Below the pieces are notes generated by a model. The model had not been told where the DNA came from. It did no database searches and saw only the letters and a program-made list of their open reading frames with translations. Positions 39,385 to 49,736 of a stretch of DNA of 64,000 nucleotides are shown piece by piece (position 1 is the stretch's first letter; each line of letters begins with the position of its first letter). The translations under genes were made by a program, and so were the position numbers. The DNA is from a virus. The stretch covers positions 1 to 64,000 of IMG/VR virus record IMGVR_UViG_3300044539_000111; one strand, given 5' to 3'.

Positions 39385-40406
39385 AACAAGAGTTAAATGA
39401 AGTACAGCAAATGAATTACGATGCATTCTTTGCTAATGTTGAGAACTTAATGCTCAGCCCAAGTGCATTAAAGCTAATGCTTGAATCACCTAAAACATAT
39501 TTTAAACACTATGTATTAGGAGAAAAAGATGTGAAAACAGGAAAGCATTTTGATGAAGGATCATTGGTCCACTGTATGGTTCTTGAACCAGATGAACTCA
39601 AAGAAAAGTTTGTAAACATGGGAATATCTGTTCCTACAGATAGTACTCGTCTTTGCATAGAACATCTATTATCTTTAGGAAGAGATGCATCAGAATTAGA
39701 GGAGTATCATGAAGAGATCATTGCTTATTTAAAAGATGTAAATCTTCATCAGTCATTAGTAGATGACAAGAAAGCTCCATTCAAAACTGGTGATGAAAAG
39801 CGTTTAGAAAAAGTGATTACTGAAAACTCAATAGAGTACTTTAGAATCATGGTGGAAGGACGCGAGAAAACAATTGTAGATGTTGCATCATGGGATAAAT
39901 GCTATGCCAAAGCAGAAGCAATTCTTGCATGTGAAAAAGCAAACTTCTTGCTTAAACCAGTGAATGAAAATGATGAAGTCAGATATGAAATTGAGTTATC
40001 TCACAGACCTGAAGAGCTTCAGTATGGTGTAAAAGGTATCATGGATGTAATCAAAGTTGATCGCCAAAGCAAAACTGTTTATATCAGTGATGTTAAAACG
40101 CACGGTGGAAAACTAAAAGACTTTGTTACATCTGCAGAAAAGTATGAGTACTGGTTGCAACCAATCATCTACAAAATTCTTGCTGAAAGTTTACTCAGAG
40201 GCCGCGCATTTGATTACAAAATCATTTTTCATTTTATTGTGGTTGACCAAAACAATGATGTGTATTGCTTTCCAGTAGAAGATTCATCAATGGAAAAGTA
40301 TTTTACTGAATTGTTTCACATGGTAAACAAGAAAATCAATTATCACATTACAAGCAAAGACTTTACATTACCTTATGAATTTGCAAACAATTTAATATCT
40401 TTGTAA
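39381..40406 (+). CDS. PD-(D/E)XK exonuclease (RecE/ExoVIII-like)
   Basis: LSPSAL, GSLVHC, KGIMDVI, SDVKT, YWLQPIIY. Confidence 0.8.
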   Translation: MKQELNEVQQMNYDAFFANVENLMLSPSALKLMLESPKTYFKHYVLGEKDVKTGKHFDEGSLVHCMVLEPDELKEKFVNMGISVPTDSTRLCIEHLLSLGRDASELEEYHEEIIAYLKDVNLHQSLVDDKKAPFKTGDEKRLEKVITENSIEYFRIMVEGREKTIVDVASWDKCYAKAEAILACEKANFLLKPVNENDEVRYEIELSHRPEELQYGVKGIMDVIKVDRQSKTVYISDVKTHGGKLKDFVTSAEKYEYWLQPIIYKILAESLLRGRAFDYKIIFHFIVVDQNNDVYCFPVEDSSMEKYFTELFHMVNKKINYHITSKDFTLPYEFANNLISL

Positions 40407-40415
40407 GAAAATACT

Positions 40416-40820
40416 ATGTCAGAAAACACCAACCAAAAAAGCATGATGTTAGTTGTGCAAGATCACAGAGGCATGCCAACGTTTAGCATGATCCGAACAG
40501 CAGAAACTTGTCCATTTGTGGAGTGCATTTATGTACCAGATCAAAAACAGTTAGCAATTATTTCTACCATTCAGAAGGATACATTTCATTTGTTTCCTAA
40601 ACTAGATGACAATGGAGATACTGCAATTGCTAAAGGCAGAAAAGTTGTAGGTAAAAATTACAAAGAAGAAAGAAAAGCAATCAAAACTTTTTATGAGTAC
40701 ACACTTGTAAATGAAGATGACATTGTTGCTTTTGTAGAAAAGTTTGCAGTAAATGCAGATACTTTTCCTTTCCGCAATGTAATGAATCCTGAAGCGGCAA
40801 AAGCTAAGGCTAAAAAGTAA
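40416..40820 (+). CDS. Hypothetical protein
   Basis: 134 aa; TATCTTTG upstream, terminator downstream. Confidence 0.7.
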   Translation: MSENTNQKSMMLVVQDHRGMPTFSMIRTAETCPFVECIYVPDQKQLAIISTIQKDTFHLFPKLDDNGDTAIAKGRKVVGKNYKEERKAIKTFYEYTLVNEDDIVAFVEKFAVNADTFPFRNVMNPEAAKAKAKK

Positions 40821-40833
40821 GCACCAAAATCTT

Positions 40834-40876
40834 AATAAAAGTGCGAGATTCTCTAAGTTTCTCGCACTTTTTATTT
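40834..40876. terminator. Bidirectional terminator
   Basis: AAAAGTGCGAGA/TCTCGCACTTTT. Confidence 0.8.
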
Positions 40877-40886
40877 ATTCAAGTTT

Positions 40887-41093
40887 ATGAGCACAATTGA
40901 TTTAGGTAAAGTTTTTGGCTCAGGAAAACCAAGAGATCCGCACATTATTAGACTAAACTTTGCCAAAAGAAACGGCTTAGTTGATGATGAACAATATGAA
41001 AGGATTCTTCAGTACTTGAAGTCAGATGAAGAAGATGTACAGAATTTAGGTGCAACAACACTAAAAGGAATAATTCAAAAATCATCAATGTAA
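40887..41093 (+). CDS. 68-aa protein, mostly the LxSxDxE module
   Basis: LVDDEQYERILQYLKSDEEDVQNLGATTL. Confidence 0.7.
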   Translation: MSTIDLGKVFGSGKPRDPHIIRLNFAKRNGLVDDEQYERILQYLKSDEEDVQNLGATTLKGIIQKSSM

Positions 41094-41527
41094 TGGAACT
41101 AATCCAAACTACAAACTTACATTTCCATGATTATAAATCAGACAAAGTTTACTATGCTGAACTTTGTAAAATTCCAAAAAGTAATCTTTGGAATATAAAT
41201 TTTGCTTATGGAAGAAGAGGTAACACGCTAGTTCATGGAACTAAAAATGAACAACCTCTTCCTCTTAATAAAGCATCAAGCATTTACATGAAGTTAGTCA
41301 ATTCTAAATTGTCTAAAGGGTATGGATACACAGATAATAATTGGGTATCTAATAATAGAACTAGAGCTTATTCTTCATTTGCCGCAGAAATGGTTAATGA
41401 AAAATATATGACTGAAGAAGAATACACAACAGTCACACGGATGTTATATTCCACAGATCCGGAAACAGTAAAATTAGCAGAAGTATTAATTGAAACTAAA
41501 GAAAAACAAAGATGGGAGCAGATTTAA
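41093..41527 (+). CDS. WGR-domain protein with C-terminal LxSxDxE module
   Basis: SDKVYY...YGRRG...KLSKGY, then MTEEEYTTVTRMLYSTDPETVKLAEVLI. Confidence 0.75.
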   Translation: MELIQTTNLHFHDYKSDKVYYAELCKIPKSNLWNINFAYGRRGNTLVHGTKNEQPLPLNKASSIYMKLVNSKLSKGYGYTDNNWVSNNRTRAYSSFAAEMVNEKYMTEEEYTTVTRMLYSTDPETVKLAEVLIETKEKQRWEQI

Positions 41528-42063
41528 TTGAAAGAACTATAAGAGCAAGAAACATTAAAGAAGCCTGGGATATTGTATATCGGGATGCAGAACACTATTC
41601 TGGACATCAAGAAGGATACTCCGGTGACTTCAACACATGCAGTTTTGATAGAGATGTTACATCAATGACAAAGACTAAAAGTTTTCGTGATCTTGATGAA
41701 TATATTACTGATGAATGCGATAAACGCTCAGCTTGGGGATATTGCATGGAAGAACCTGTTTCTAATACAAATAAGGTTAAATCTCAAGTAGATGTTACAC
41801 CTCAAAAAGGTACTCGTAAATGGGAAACAGTTTACAAAGCTGTCACTAGTTGGGAAGGTACAGAAGTTGCAAGAGATAAAAGCCAAACAGTTTGTATCAA
41901 AAAAGCAAGAGCTTATGTTGAAGCTAATCCAGATGTCAATGTAAAAGTAATTATTGCTAAAGAACTCACTGAAGGCATTAGCCAGTGTGCAACAATCACT
42001 TACAAAAAAGCAACAAAAGAAAAATTAGGTCTATACAAATTCATTGGATGGGCCGCATCTTAA
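41512..42063 (+). CDS. Hypothetical protein
   Basis: 183 aa; GHQEGYSG. Confidence 0.7.
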   Translation: MGADLIERTIRARNIKEAWDIVYRDAEHYSGHQEGYSGDFNTCSFDRDVTSMTKTKSFRDLDEYITDECDKRSAWGYCMEEPVSNTNKVKSQVDVTPQKGTRKWETVYKAVTSWEGTEVARDKSQTVCIKKARAYVEANPDVNVKVIIAKELTEGISQCATITYKKATKEKLGLYKFIGWAAS

Positions 42064-42073
42064 ACTAATAATT

Positions 42074-44053
42074 ATGGCTAAAGCGTATGTATATGACTAT
42101 GAAACAGTAGCAAATTGCTTTTTAGCAGTGTTTATAAATGTCCAAAAACCAAGTGATATTATTTCATTTGAAGTGAGTGACACTCGGAACCAGTACACAG
42201 AATACATTGAGTTCATTCACAACTGCATTAATAACAAAACAATGCTGATTTCATACAACGGATTAAAGTTTGATACTCAGATTTCTCAATACCTATTATA
42301 CAACTGGAGTACACACAAAAATTCAACAGGTAGCCATATTGCTGCGTCAACTTATTTGATTGCACAAGATGTCATCAGAAGAAGCAATGCCAAAGAGTTT
42401 CCATTGTACAATCCAAAAGATAATCCATTCAGAGAATGTGATATTTTAGCCATAAACAATTATGATAATCCTGCTAAACGCTGTAGCCTTAAATGGCTGC
42501 AGTATAGCATGGACTGGCACAATGTAGAAGACATGAGTACTGACCACAGCAAACCTCACAATGACAAGGAAATCCTTATGTTGTTGAAGTATTGTATCAA
42601 TGACTGTCTATCTACAAGGGAACTGTTCTTTAAGAACAAAGCAGAAATATTGCTTAGAGGAGATCTGTCAAATCACTTTGAAATGAATTTGTCAAATCAC
42701 TCAGAACCTAAATTGGCTAAAAGTATTTTTCTCAAGTTGCTTTCTCAAAAGCTAGGTATTCCTGAGTATGAATTGAAAAAGAAAAAGACTTACAGGAAAG
42801 TAATTAACTTGAATGAAGCAATCCTTCCATACATTGAATTTAAAACGCCTGAGCTTAAAGCTACGCTATCTAAATTCAAAAAACTTAAACTGGATGGAGA
42901 AAACTTAAAAGGTAGCTTTCAACACAAAGTAACTTACAAAGGCTTAGAGTTTTCATTTGCTCTTGGTGGTATTCACGGTGCTAAAAAAGGTATTTACAAA
43001 TCAGATAAAGACTTTATCATCAAATCATTTGATGTAACTTCCTTTTATCCTAATTTGTCTATACGCAATAATTGGGCTCCAGGGCATATTAACAAAGAAG
43101 CATTCTGTGAAATCTATGAAAGTTTCTTTGAAGACAGAAAAAAGTATAGCAAAAAAGATCCATTGAATTATGTGTACAAAATTTTGCTAAACGCAACTTA
43201 CGGTTTGTCCAATGAAGATAACTCTTTCCTAAAGGACAGCATGTTTACAATGAAGATTACTTGCAATGGTCAGTTGCTTCTTGTCATGCTTATGGAAGAA
43301 CTATGTGAATCTATTCCAGGTGCAAGACCAGTGATGGTTAATACAGATGGTGGTGAAGTTATAATTCCGCGCGAATATGAAAAGTTGTATCATCAGATTT
43401 GTGAAAAATGGGAGGCTTTGACTAAGCTTCAATTAGAGTTTGAAGTATATGAAAAGCTTATCATTCCTGATGTAAACAATTACATTGGTATTTTTGCTGG
43501 AAAAGAAATTCCAAAAGAAGATGCCATCAATAAAATCAAGAATGACTTTCCTAAACCTCTTATTAAAAGAACAAGAGATGATAAATATTTTTTGTTTAAC
43601 ACTAAGAGTAAAGGTAGATTTGAAGTTGATAAACCGCTTCACAAGAACAAAAGTTTCAGGATTAAACGCTTGGCTTATTACAACTATTTTGTCCACAACC
43701 AAAGTGCTGAAAAAACATTGGAAGAAAACAAAAACATCTATGACTATTGTGCTGGTACTAGAGCAATTGGTGGATTTAAATTCCATCTAACTTGCTTTAC
43801 AGATAATAGATTAGATAGAACTGCCGCTCAGAAAACGCTTAGATACTACATGTCAACAAAAGGCTGTAAGATTCTTAAAGTCAAAGATGACAAGGTAATC
43901 AAAGTTGAAGCAAGTAAAAGTCTTGAACGCATCATGAACAAGTTTGAAAAGAAAGAATTTGATGACTATGAAATTGATACTCAGTTTTACCTGAGAGAAA
44001 TCAATAAAGAGATCAGAAAGATTGAACCAACAAATCAAAAACAATTATTTTAG
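42074..44053 (+). CDS. polB: Family B DNA polymerase
   Basis: Exonuclease YDYE, YNGLKFD, YCIND; polymerase DVTSFYPN, KILLNATYG, NTDG. Confidence 0.92.
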   Translation: MAKAYVYDYETVANCFLAVFINVQKPSDIISFEVSDTRNQYTEYIEFIHNCINNKTMLISYNGLKFDTQISQYLLYNWSTHKNSTGSHIAASTYLIAQDVIRRSNAKEFPLYNPKDNPFRECDILAINNYDNPAKRCSLKWLQYSMDWHNVEDMSTDHSKPHNDKEILMLLKYCINDCLSTRELFFKNKAEILLRGDLSNHFEMNLSNHSEPKLAKSIFLKLLSQKLGIPEYELKKKKTYRKVINLNEAILPYIEFKTPELKATLSKFKKLKLDGENLKGSFQHKVTYKGLEFSFALGGIHGAKKGIYKSDKDFIIKSFDVTSFYPNLSIRNNWAPGHINKEAFCEIYESFFEDRKKYSKKDPLNYVYKILLNATYGLSNEDNSFLKDSMFTMKITCNGQLLLVMLMEELCESIPGARPVMVNTDGGEVIIPREYEKLYHQICEKWEALTKLQLEFEVYEKLIIPDVNNYIGIFAGKEIPKEDAINKIKNDFPKPLIKRTRDDKYFLFNTKSKGRFEVDKPLHKNKSFRIKRLAYYNYFVHNQSAEKTLEENKNIYDYCAGTRAIGGFKFHLTCFTDNRLDRTAAQKTLRYYMSTKGCKILKVKDDKVIKVEASKSLERIMNKFEKKEFDDYEIDTQFYLREINKEIRKIEPTNQKQLF

Positions 44054-44054
44054 T

Positions 44055-45827
44055 ATGGTATCAAAAACACAAACAGAAGAGTATTTAAGAAAAACGCAAC
44101 TTCCGCTTGCAACAAAGTCTTACACAGTAATTTCTCACGGTGACATTATAGACGCTGTGAGAGATATGCTTGCTAAGCACGGATTCATTATTACAAATGA
44201 ATTATATAAAGCAGAATGCAACGGAGATGTAGCATTAGGTTTCATGCAAATTGAAACATTGAATGATCCAGATATGGCAATGACTTTTAACTGGACCAAT
44301 TCATATAACAAAATGGTCCGCTTCAGTTGCTCAATTGGTGGTTTCATTTATGACAACCAAGTGCCATTTGTTTCTACAAACAATCAAGCATCTTGGAATA
44401 GAAAACATACTGGAACAGCTTTAGAAGAAACTATGGAAGTTATTCAGGCCATGGTTGCATCAGCTGATCATCACTTTACTCAAATTGTAGACATGAAGAA
44501 CAAGTTCAAGTCAATTGATGTAAGCAGAAAAGAGTATGCAAAATTACTTGGGCTTCTTTATTTTGACAAACAAGTTATTTCTTCAACGCAAGTGGAGGTG
44601 ATTAAAAAAGAATATGATAAACCATCTTTTGATTACACTGACAAAGGAACTTTGTGGGAAGTTTACAAGATGATCATGTTTGGTATTGTTGATCAAGCAC
44701 CAAAAAATTGGTACAGACAACAAATGGACATTAATAGTTATGTTCAGGTTCTCTATAACATTGCTTCTATAGAACTAGAGAATGAAAATGAAGCAGGTGA
44801 AATGGAAGTAAGTGTAGTCAATGATGAAAGCGTAGAGATTTTAGATTTGCTAATTGCTTCAGAGGATGAAGTTATACCTGAATCTGAAACAAAGTTTGAA
44901 TGGGAAGCACCGGAAGTATCTGATAATCAAGCGGTGCAAGAAGAGGTAGAAATTATACCAGTTGTGCACCAGGAAGATATTATTGAATTTATTACTGACG
45001 AAGAAGAAGATGCGGTAATGGATTCCATGTTTACACCAATTCCTGCACATCATGAACCACTTATTCCTACTCAAGAAGAATTGGATGCTGAACATGTTGG
45101 TCCTCCTGAGATGTATTTAGGTGATGCTCCTGTAAATGAAATACAAAGCATTGATAACTTAATTGCTGCACAGAACATGGTACTTGATGCTAAATCTATA
45201 GGAACAGGTGAACCTTCTTTATTTGATGACATTGATGCTAAGAAAGAAAGATTGGAAGAAATCAGAACTGAATTAGACAATGAATCAATAAGCTATGGAG
45301 AACTTGTAGAGTTGGAAGAATTGACTGAATACATTGAAGAAGGTGATGTTCAATTATTACAAGCCGCAGGTGTTCCAGAGTTTGATGATAACATTCAAGA
45401 AATGGAATTACCAGACATGCTTGTTGAAACAAAAGAGATGACGCGTTCAGAAGTCATTGAAGAATATGGTGACATATTAACTGAAGAACAAATCAGCATA
45501 ATCAAAGAAGAACACGGTATCATTGAAACCGGTAGTCCAGATGATGGATTGATTGGTTCTACAGATGAAAGTCCTGAGAGCCTCTTTGATTTAATGGATG
45601 AGTATGATGAATCACAAGGGGAAGAAGTACCTTGGTTCACAGATGAAAATGCTACAAACAATGTAGATTTAGCTCCGAGTCTTATTCCGGACAGCATGCG
45701 TGAAGCAGTATCAGAGATACTAGCAGACAAGTACCAACGTAAACGCAGTGTAGTCAATACAATTGAAGACACAAATTACATGATATTTGAATTAGACTCC
45801 AAAGAGTTCTTTGTAGTTGACAAGTAA
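44055..45827 (+). CDS. DUF932-like domain protein with long acidic C-terminal region
   Basis: SYTVISH, NSYNK, RKHTG, TLWEVY in N-terminal ~230 aa; D/E-rich ~350-aa extension. Confidence 0.65.
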   Translation: MVSKTQTEEYLRKTQLPLATKSYTVISHGDIIDAVRDMLAKHGFIITNELYKAECNGDVALGFMQIETLNDPDMAMTFNWTNSYNKMVRFSCSIGGFIYDNQVPFVSTNNQASWNRKHTGTALEETMEVIQAMVASADHHFTQIVDMKNKFKSIDVSRKEYAKLLGLLYFDKQVISSTQVEVIKKEYDKPSFDYTDKGTLWEVYKMIMFGIVDQAPKNWYRQQMDINSYVQVLYNIASIELENENEAGEMEVSVVNDESVEILDLLIASEDEVIPESETKFEWEAPEVSDNQAVQEEVEIIPVVHQEDIIEFITDEEEDAVMDSMFTPIPAHHEPLIPTQEELDAEHVGPPEMYLGDAPVNEIQSIDNLIAAQNMVLDAKSIGTGEPSLFDDIDAKKERLEEIRTELDNESISYGELVELEELTEYIEEGDVQLLQAAGVPEFDDNIQEMELPDMLVETKEMTRSEVIEEYGDILTEEQISIIKEEHGIIETGSPDDGLIGSTDESPESLFDLMDEYDESQGEEVPWFTDENATNNVDLAPSLIPDSMREAVSEILADKYQRKRSVVNTIEDTNYMIFELDSKEFFVVDK

Positions 45828-45898
45828 TAATCCGTAGGTAGATGTGGTAGCCACGCGCAAGTGTGGTTACTATCATCACGCCTAATAAATCCCAACAA

Positions 45899-47209
45899 AT
45901 GACAATAAGTGACTTATTCAATGCCAGAAAAGTGGCAATAGATTTCACAGACGGACAGAAACAAGCACTCAACAAAGTGTTCAAGTTTCTAGAATCTGAT
46001 GACAACTTCTTTTTGCTTGCAGGTTATTCCGGTTGTGGTAAAACTACCATTGCAGAAAACATTGCAAACGCATGCAAAGCAACCCTACTTGCACCAACCA
46101 ACGCTGCAGTAAACAGATTAAAGGAAAAGATTGATAACTCCATGTTGGACTATTCAACCATTCATTCTGCTCTATTTGCCGCTGGTGACAAAAAAAATAC
46201 ATTCTTTGTAGATAAAACCCTAAGAGTGCGTGGCATTTACATTGTAGATGAATGCTCAATGATTGACAAGTATGTACTTGAAGTTCTCATCAAACAAGCC
46301 ACGGAGAAAAAATGTAAAATGATCTTCATGGGAGATAGTTTCCAACTAGAACCTGTAGGAGAAAACCCATTTATCTTCAACTGGGAAAAAAGTTATCCTG
46401 AGAGCTTCTTTAACCATAACCGGTATGAACTTACCGAAGTCAAAAGATATGACGGTTCACTGCTTAAAATCGCTACAGAAATGCGAATTAACAAGAAACC
46501 AAGGTTCCAGCAACCGGAAAATTCAGATTTAACTAGCGTTAAGAAGTTCAGCAAAGCTCTTGCTAAAGACATTAGCAGTGATGGCAACTATGTGGTATTA
46601 ACTTCTACCAATGAAAGACGCGTAGTTTACAATGAAAAAATCCGCGCTTATAAGTTCAGGGATAGAGAAATTGACAAGTATGCTCAAAACAATGACATCC
46701 TTGTGTCTGTATCTAATTCCGGTCCTTATTCTAATGGTGAGATTTATACAATCAATAACGCACAGTTAGTTTCTGAGTTTGAAGTTTGCATTGAAGGAAG
46801 AAAAGATGGAGATGTAAAGTCATTTACAGCTCTATTGTACAGACATGCATTCCACATGACGTTGTTGATTCCCAATTTAACCGAAGCCTCCCTCCATGGT
46901 CAACAGATTATTCAATCTATTAAGAATGGAACTACGATTGTACCAGATCATGTTTACAAAATTCTTGTAAACAAGTTTACTCCACGCAATGGTCCCACTA
47001 GATACTTCTTTAACAAAGATGTAATCATTGCTACTTATGGGTATGCAATCTCTTGTCACAAAGCTCAAGGACAAGAATGGGACAATGTTTACATTGACGC
47101 AGGTTGGTTAATGCCTGTATGGGATTCAGCAAAATGGTTTTACACCGCAATCACCAGAGCAAAATGCAAAGTAGAAGTAACACAAAACAAATACCTAAAA
47201 ATGGTTTAG
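45899..47209 (+). CDS. Dda/RecD-like SF1B helicase
   Basis: GYSGCGKTT, APTNAA, VDECSM, GDSFQL, YAISCHKAQGQEW, YTAITRA. Confidence 0.92.
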   Translation: MTISDLFNARKVAIDFTDGQKQALNKVFKFLESDDNFFLLAGYSGCGKTTIAENIANACKATLLAPTNAAVNRLKEKIDNSMLDYSTIHSALFAAGDKKNTFFVDKTLRVRGIYIVDECSMIDKYVLEVLIKQATEKKCKMIFMGDSFQLEPVGENPFIFNWEKSYPESFFNHNRYELTEVKRYDGSLLKIATEMRINKKPRFQQPENSDLTSVKKFSKALAKDISSDGNYVVLTSTNERRVVYNEKIRAYKFRDREIDKYAQNNDILVSVSNSGPYSNGEIYTINNAQLVSEFEVCIEGRKDGDVKSFTALLYRHAFHMTLLIPNLTEASLHGQQIIQSIKNGTTIVPDHVYKILVNKFTPRNGPTRYFFNKDVIIATYGYAISCHKAQGQEWDNVYIDAGWLMPVWDSAKWFYTAITRAKCKVEVTQNKYLKMV

Positions 47210-47210
47210 T

Positions 47211-49335
47211 ATGGCATATTTAGATTTCAAAGTAACCAGCTGGAGAAGATACTACATTCCAGATAAAAAAGTAAAAAAAGTAATTGCAATGTTAAAAGCT
47301 TCTGATTGCGATGAAGTGTATGAGATTCATGAACTAGAAGGAGTTTATGAATTACATCAAGGTCCTGATCAAGAATGTGAAGAACCTATGATTCCTGCAG
47401 AAAATGGAGGCAGTGCAACACAAGAGTTGTACAATGAAGAAGGTAACATCATTTACAACAACAGTGAAAATCCTGATGAATACTAAATGATTTCAACAAA
47501 AAGAAGAACCATTGTTGATGCAATGCAAAAAAACAAGAAAGATTATTCAGACTTTATTCCTAAAGCCCTAGAAAATCATATCAGAGTAAAATTTAAATGT
47601 TCACTATATCTTGCGCGCTTATGTGCGCAGGATTTAATCTTAAAAAATCATGAGTAGAATTATTGTAGAATATGATCCTGATTTGTCAGGTGAAGCAAAA
47701 GAGTTAATCAGAAATAACTGTACACCCTCAATGACATCAAATGATGGTGATTCAAATCAGTACAACATTGACTTTGTTCTGGCTGATTTATTTAGAGAAT
47801 TACCTGTAGAAGATAAAATTATAATACAGGCACTATCTGCAGATAATGTAGAATATATTGAGTTCTAATGAAGTTTAAGAAAGATGTTGAGTTAATTGCA
47901 GAACTAGAACCAGAATTGGAAAGATTTCAAAAGAAGTTTTTGGAATATAAACACCGTATAGCTCTAGCTATGGTTAAAGATAACCAACCAACATATAGAG
48001 TTAAAGAAAGAGCAGGCTTAAAACGAGCAGCTCAAGATCTCAAAGAAGTATTGTACAAAATAAATAGACTAGCAGAATGAGTAAAAAAATTAAAATAACA
48101 GAAAAAGCATTTTTAAACTGGTATTTTTCTGACACCGAAGATCTAATAACATTTGGACAAAACATGATTACTGAGTTACACACAGTAGGTTTTGTAAAAG
48201 AATCCGTACAAAGTCTATTAGACCGCTGCGGATATATTCCTGGACACCTATCTGAAAATCCAGATGATGATAAAGAATATGATCCAGAAGATGTAGAATT
48301 AATTTCTGAAAGAGAACCTGAACATTGTTACAAATGTGGTCATGAATATGACAACACTATGGATAATTTTTGTTCTAATTGTTTAGCTTCAAAATAAAAA
48401 ACCATGGATGATAAAAATTGGTCAGCATTTTTGCACGGTTCCTTAATAGGAATACTTGCAGGAATTGGAATCACACTACTAACTTTAATGTTTTTCTCAT
48501 GACAGAAATAGAAAAAGCAAAAGAAGTCTTGCGTGAAGCAGGATACTTTACTGATAACCTGTGGCACATTGATGATGTTAAACTACGATTTGCAGTATTT
48601 GATGCAGAAGATGCACAATCAATTTTAGAAACAGCGTTGACTAATGATTGGGTAATGGAACAAATCCATTATGGTATCAGTGAAGCTGCTTTAGATTTTA
48701 GATTTGAAAAACTAAAAATAACTAATTGATATGGACTTTGCAATAGGATTTGTTACCGGAGCCTTCATTATGTGGGCTATAGCAAAAAGACTTCAGGTTG
48801 AATGGAGAAAACAAATTGAAAAACTAAAAGACTTTGATGTCTGGAAAGAATGGAAAAATGAAAATTAAACTTCAAAAAACCAAGACAATCAGTGGTAATC
48901 TATACAGGTTATCACTGATTACTGAAGATTTTTACTTCTATAGTAACTATCAAGAAGGAGATGAAAACGGAAATACATTGATGTATGACCGGCAAACTGA
49001 TAAACTTTTGTCAGATAATTACTTTGCTTATACCGCATTTGAAGACCATCTTGAAAGAGAAGACTATCTATGGGTTAGCAGGTATCTAAAAAATTGTTAT
49101 ACTAAATACAAGAAAGAAAATGAGTAATGACAAACACATTTGGGAAGGTTGGACAGTGCAATCATTTATTGATGAGCTAGAACCAACATTTAATATGATC
49201 ATGAGTAATAACTCTTGGCAAAAACCGTTTACTTCTAAGCAGGAATTAAAGGATTGGTGCAAAGACAATCAACCTTATTACAAAAAGCACATTCCTGGAG
49301 TATATTCTTACTTTCTAAAGAAAACAAACCTGTAA
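47211..49335 (+). CDS. Cluster of small hypothetical genes
   Basis: Contiguous short co-directional ORFs with overlapping starts and stops. Confidence 0.6.
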
Positions 49336-49350
49336 ACAACAAACAAATAT

Positions 49351-49734
49351 ATGGAACAACAAATTAAAATGGTGAGTGAGTTTCACCAAACATTCAAACA
49401 GAGCCAAAGTGACACACCTGTGTTACTTAGTAGTAAAGAATCAGTGTTAAGGCATGTTCTTGGCAAAGAGGAACTGGATGAATACATTATAGCTGTAGGA
49501 GAAGAAAACATGATTGAAATCTTGGATTCTTTGGCGGATCAGTTGTATATATTATTTGGAACAATCTGTAAACACGGATTGCAAAACCACATTATTTCTG
49601 CATTTAACTTAGTGCATCAGAATAATATGTCAAAGCTGGGACCAGATGGTAATCCAATCTTGAGAGAAGATGGTAAGATTATAAAACCACAAGGGTTCAA
49701 AAAAGTAGAATTAACTGACATATTAAAACTGTAG
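49351..49734 (+). CDS. MazG-like NTP pyrophosphohydrolase
   Basis: EELDEY...DSLADQLY...VHQNNMSK...REDGKIIKP. Confidence 0.85.
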   Translation: MEQQIKMVSEFHQTFKQSQSDTPVLLSSKESVLRHVLGKEELDEYIIAVGEENMIEILDSLADQLYILFGTICKHGLQNHIISAFNLVHQNNMSKLGPDGNPILREDGKIIKPQGFKKVELTDILKL

Positions 49735-49736
49735 CT

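Noticed and set aside
917-44053. Introns or inteins in terL, primase or polB
   Set aside because: Normal lengths, continuous frames, no splice-junction motifs noticed
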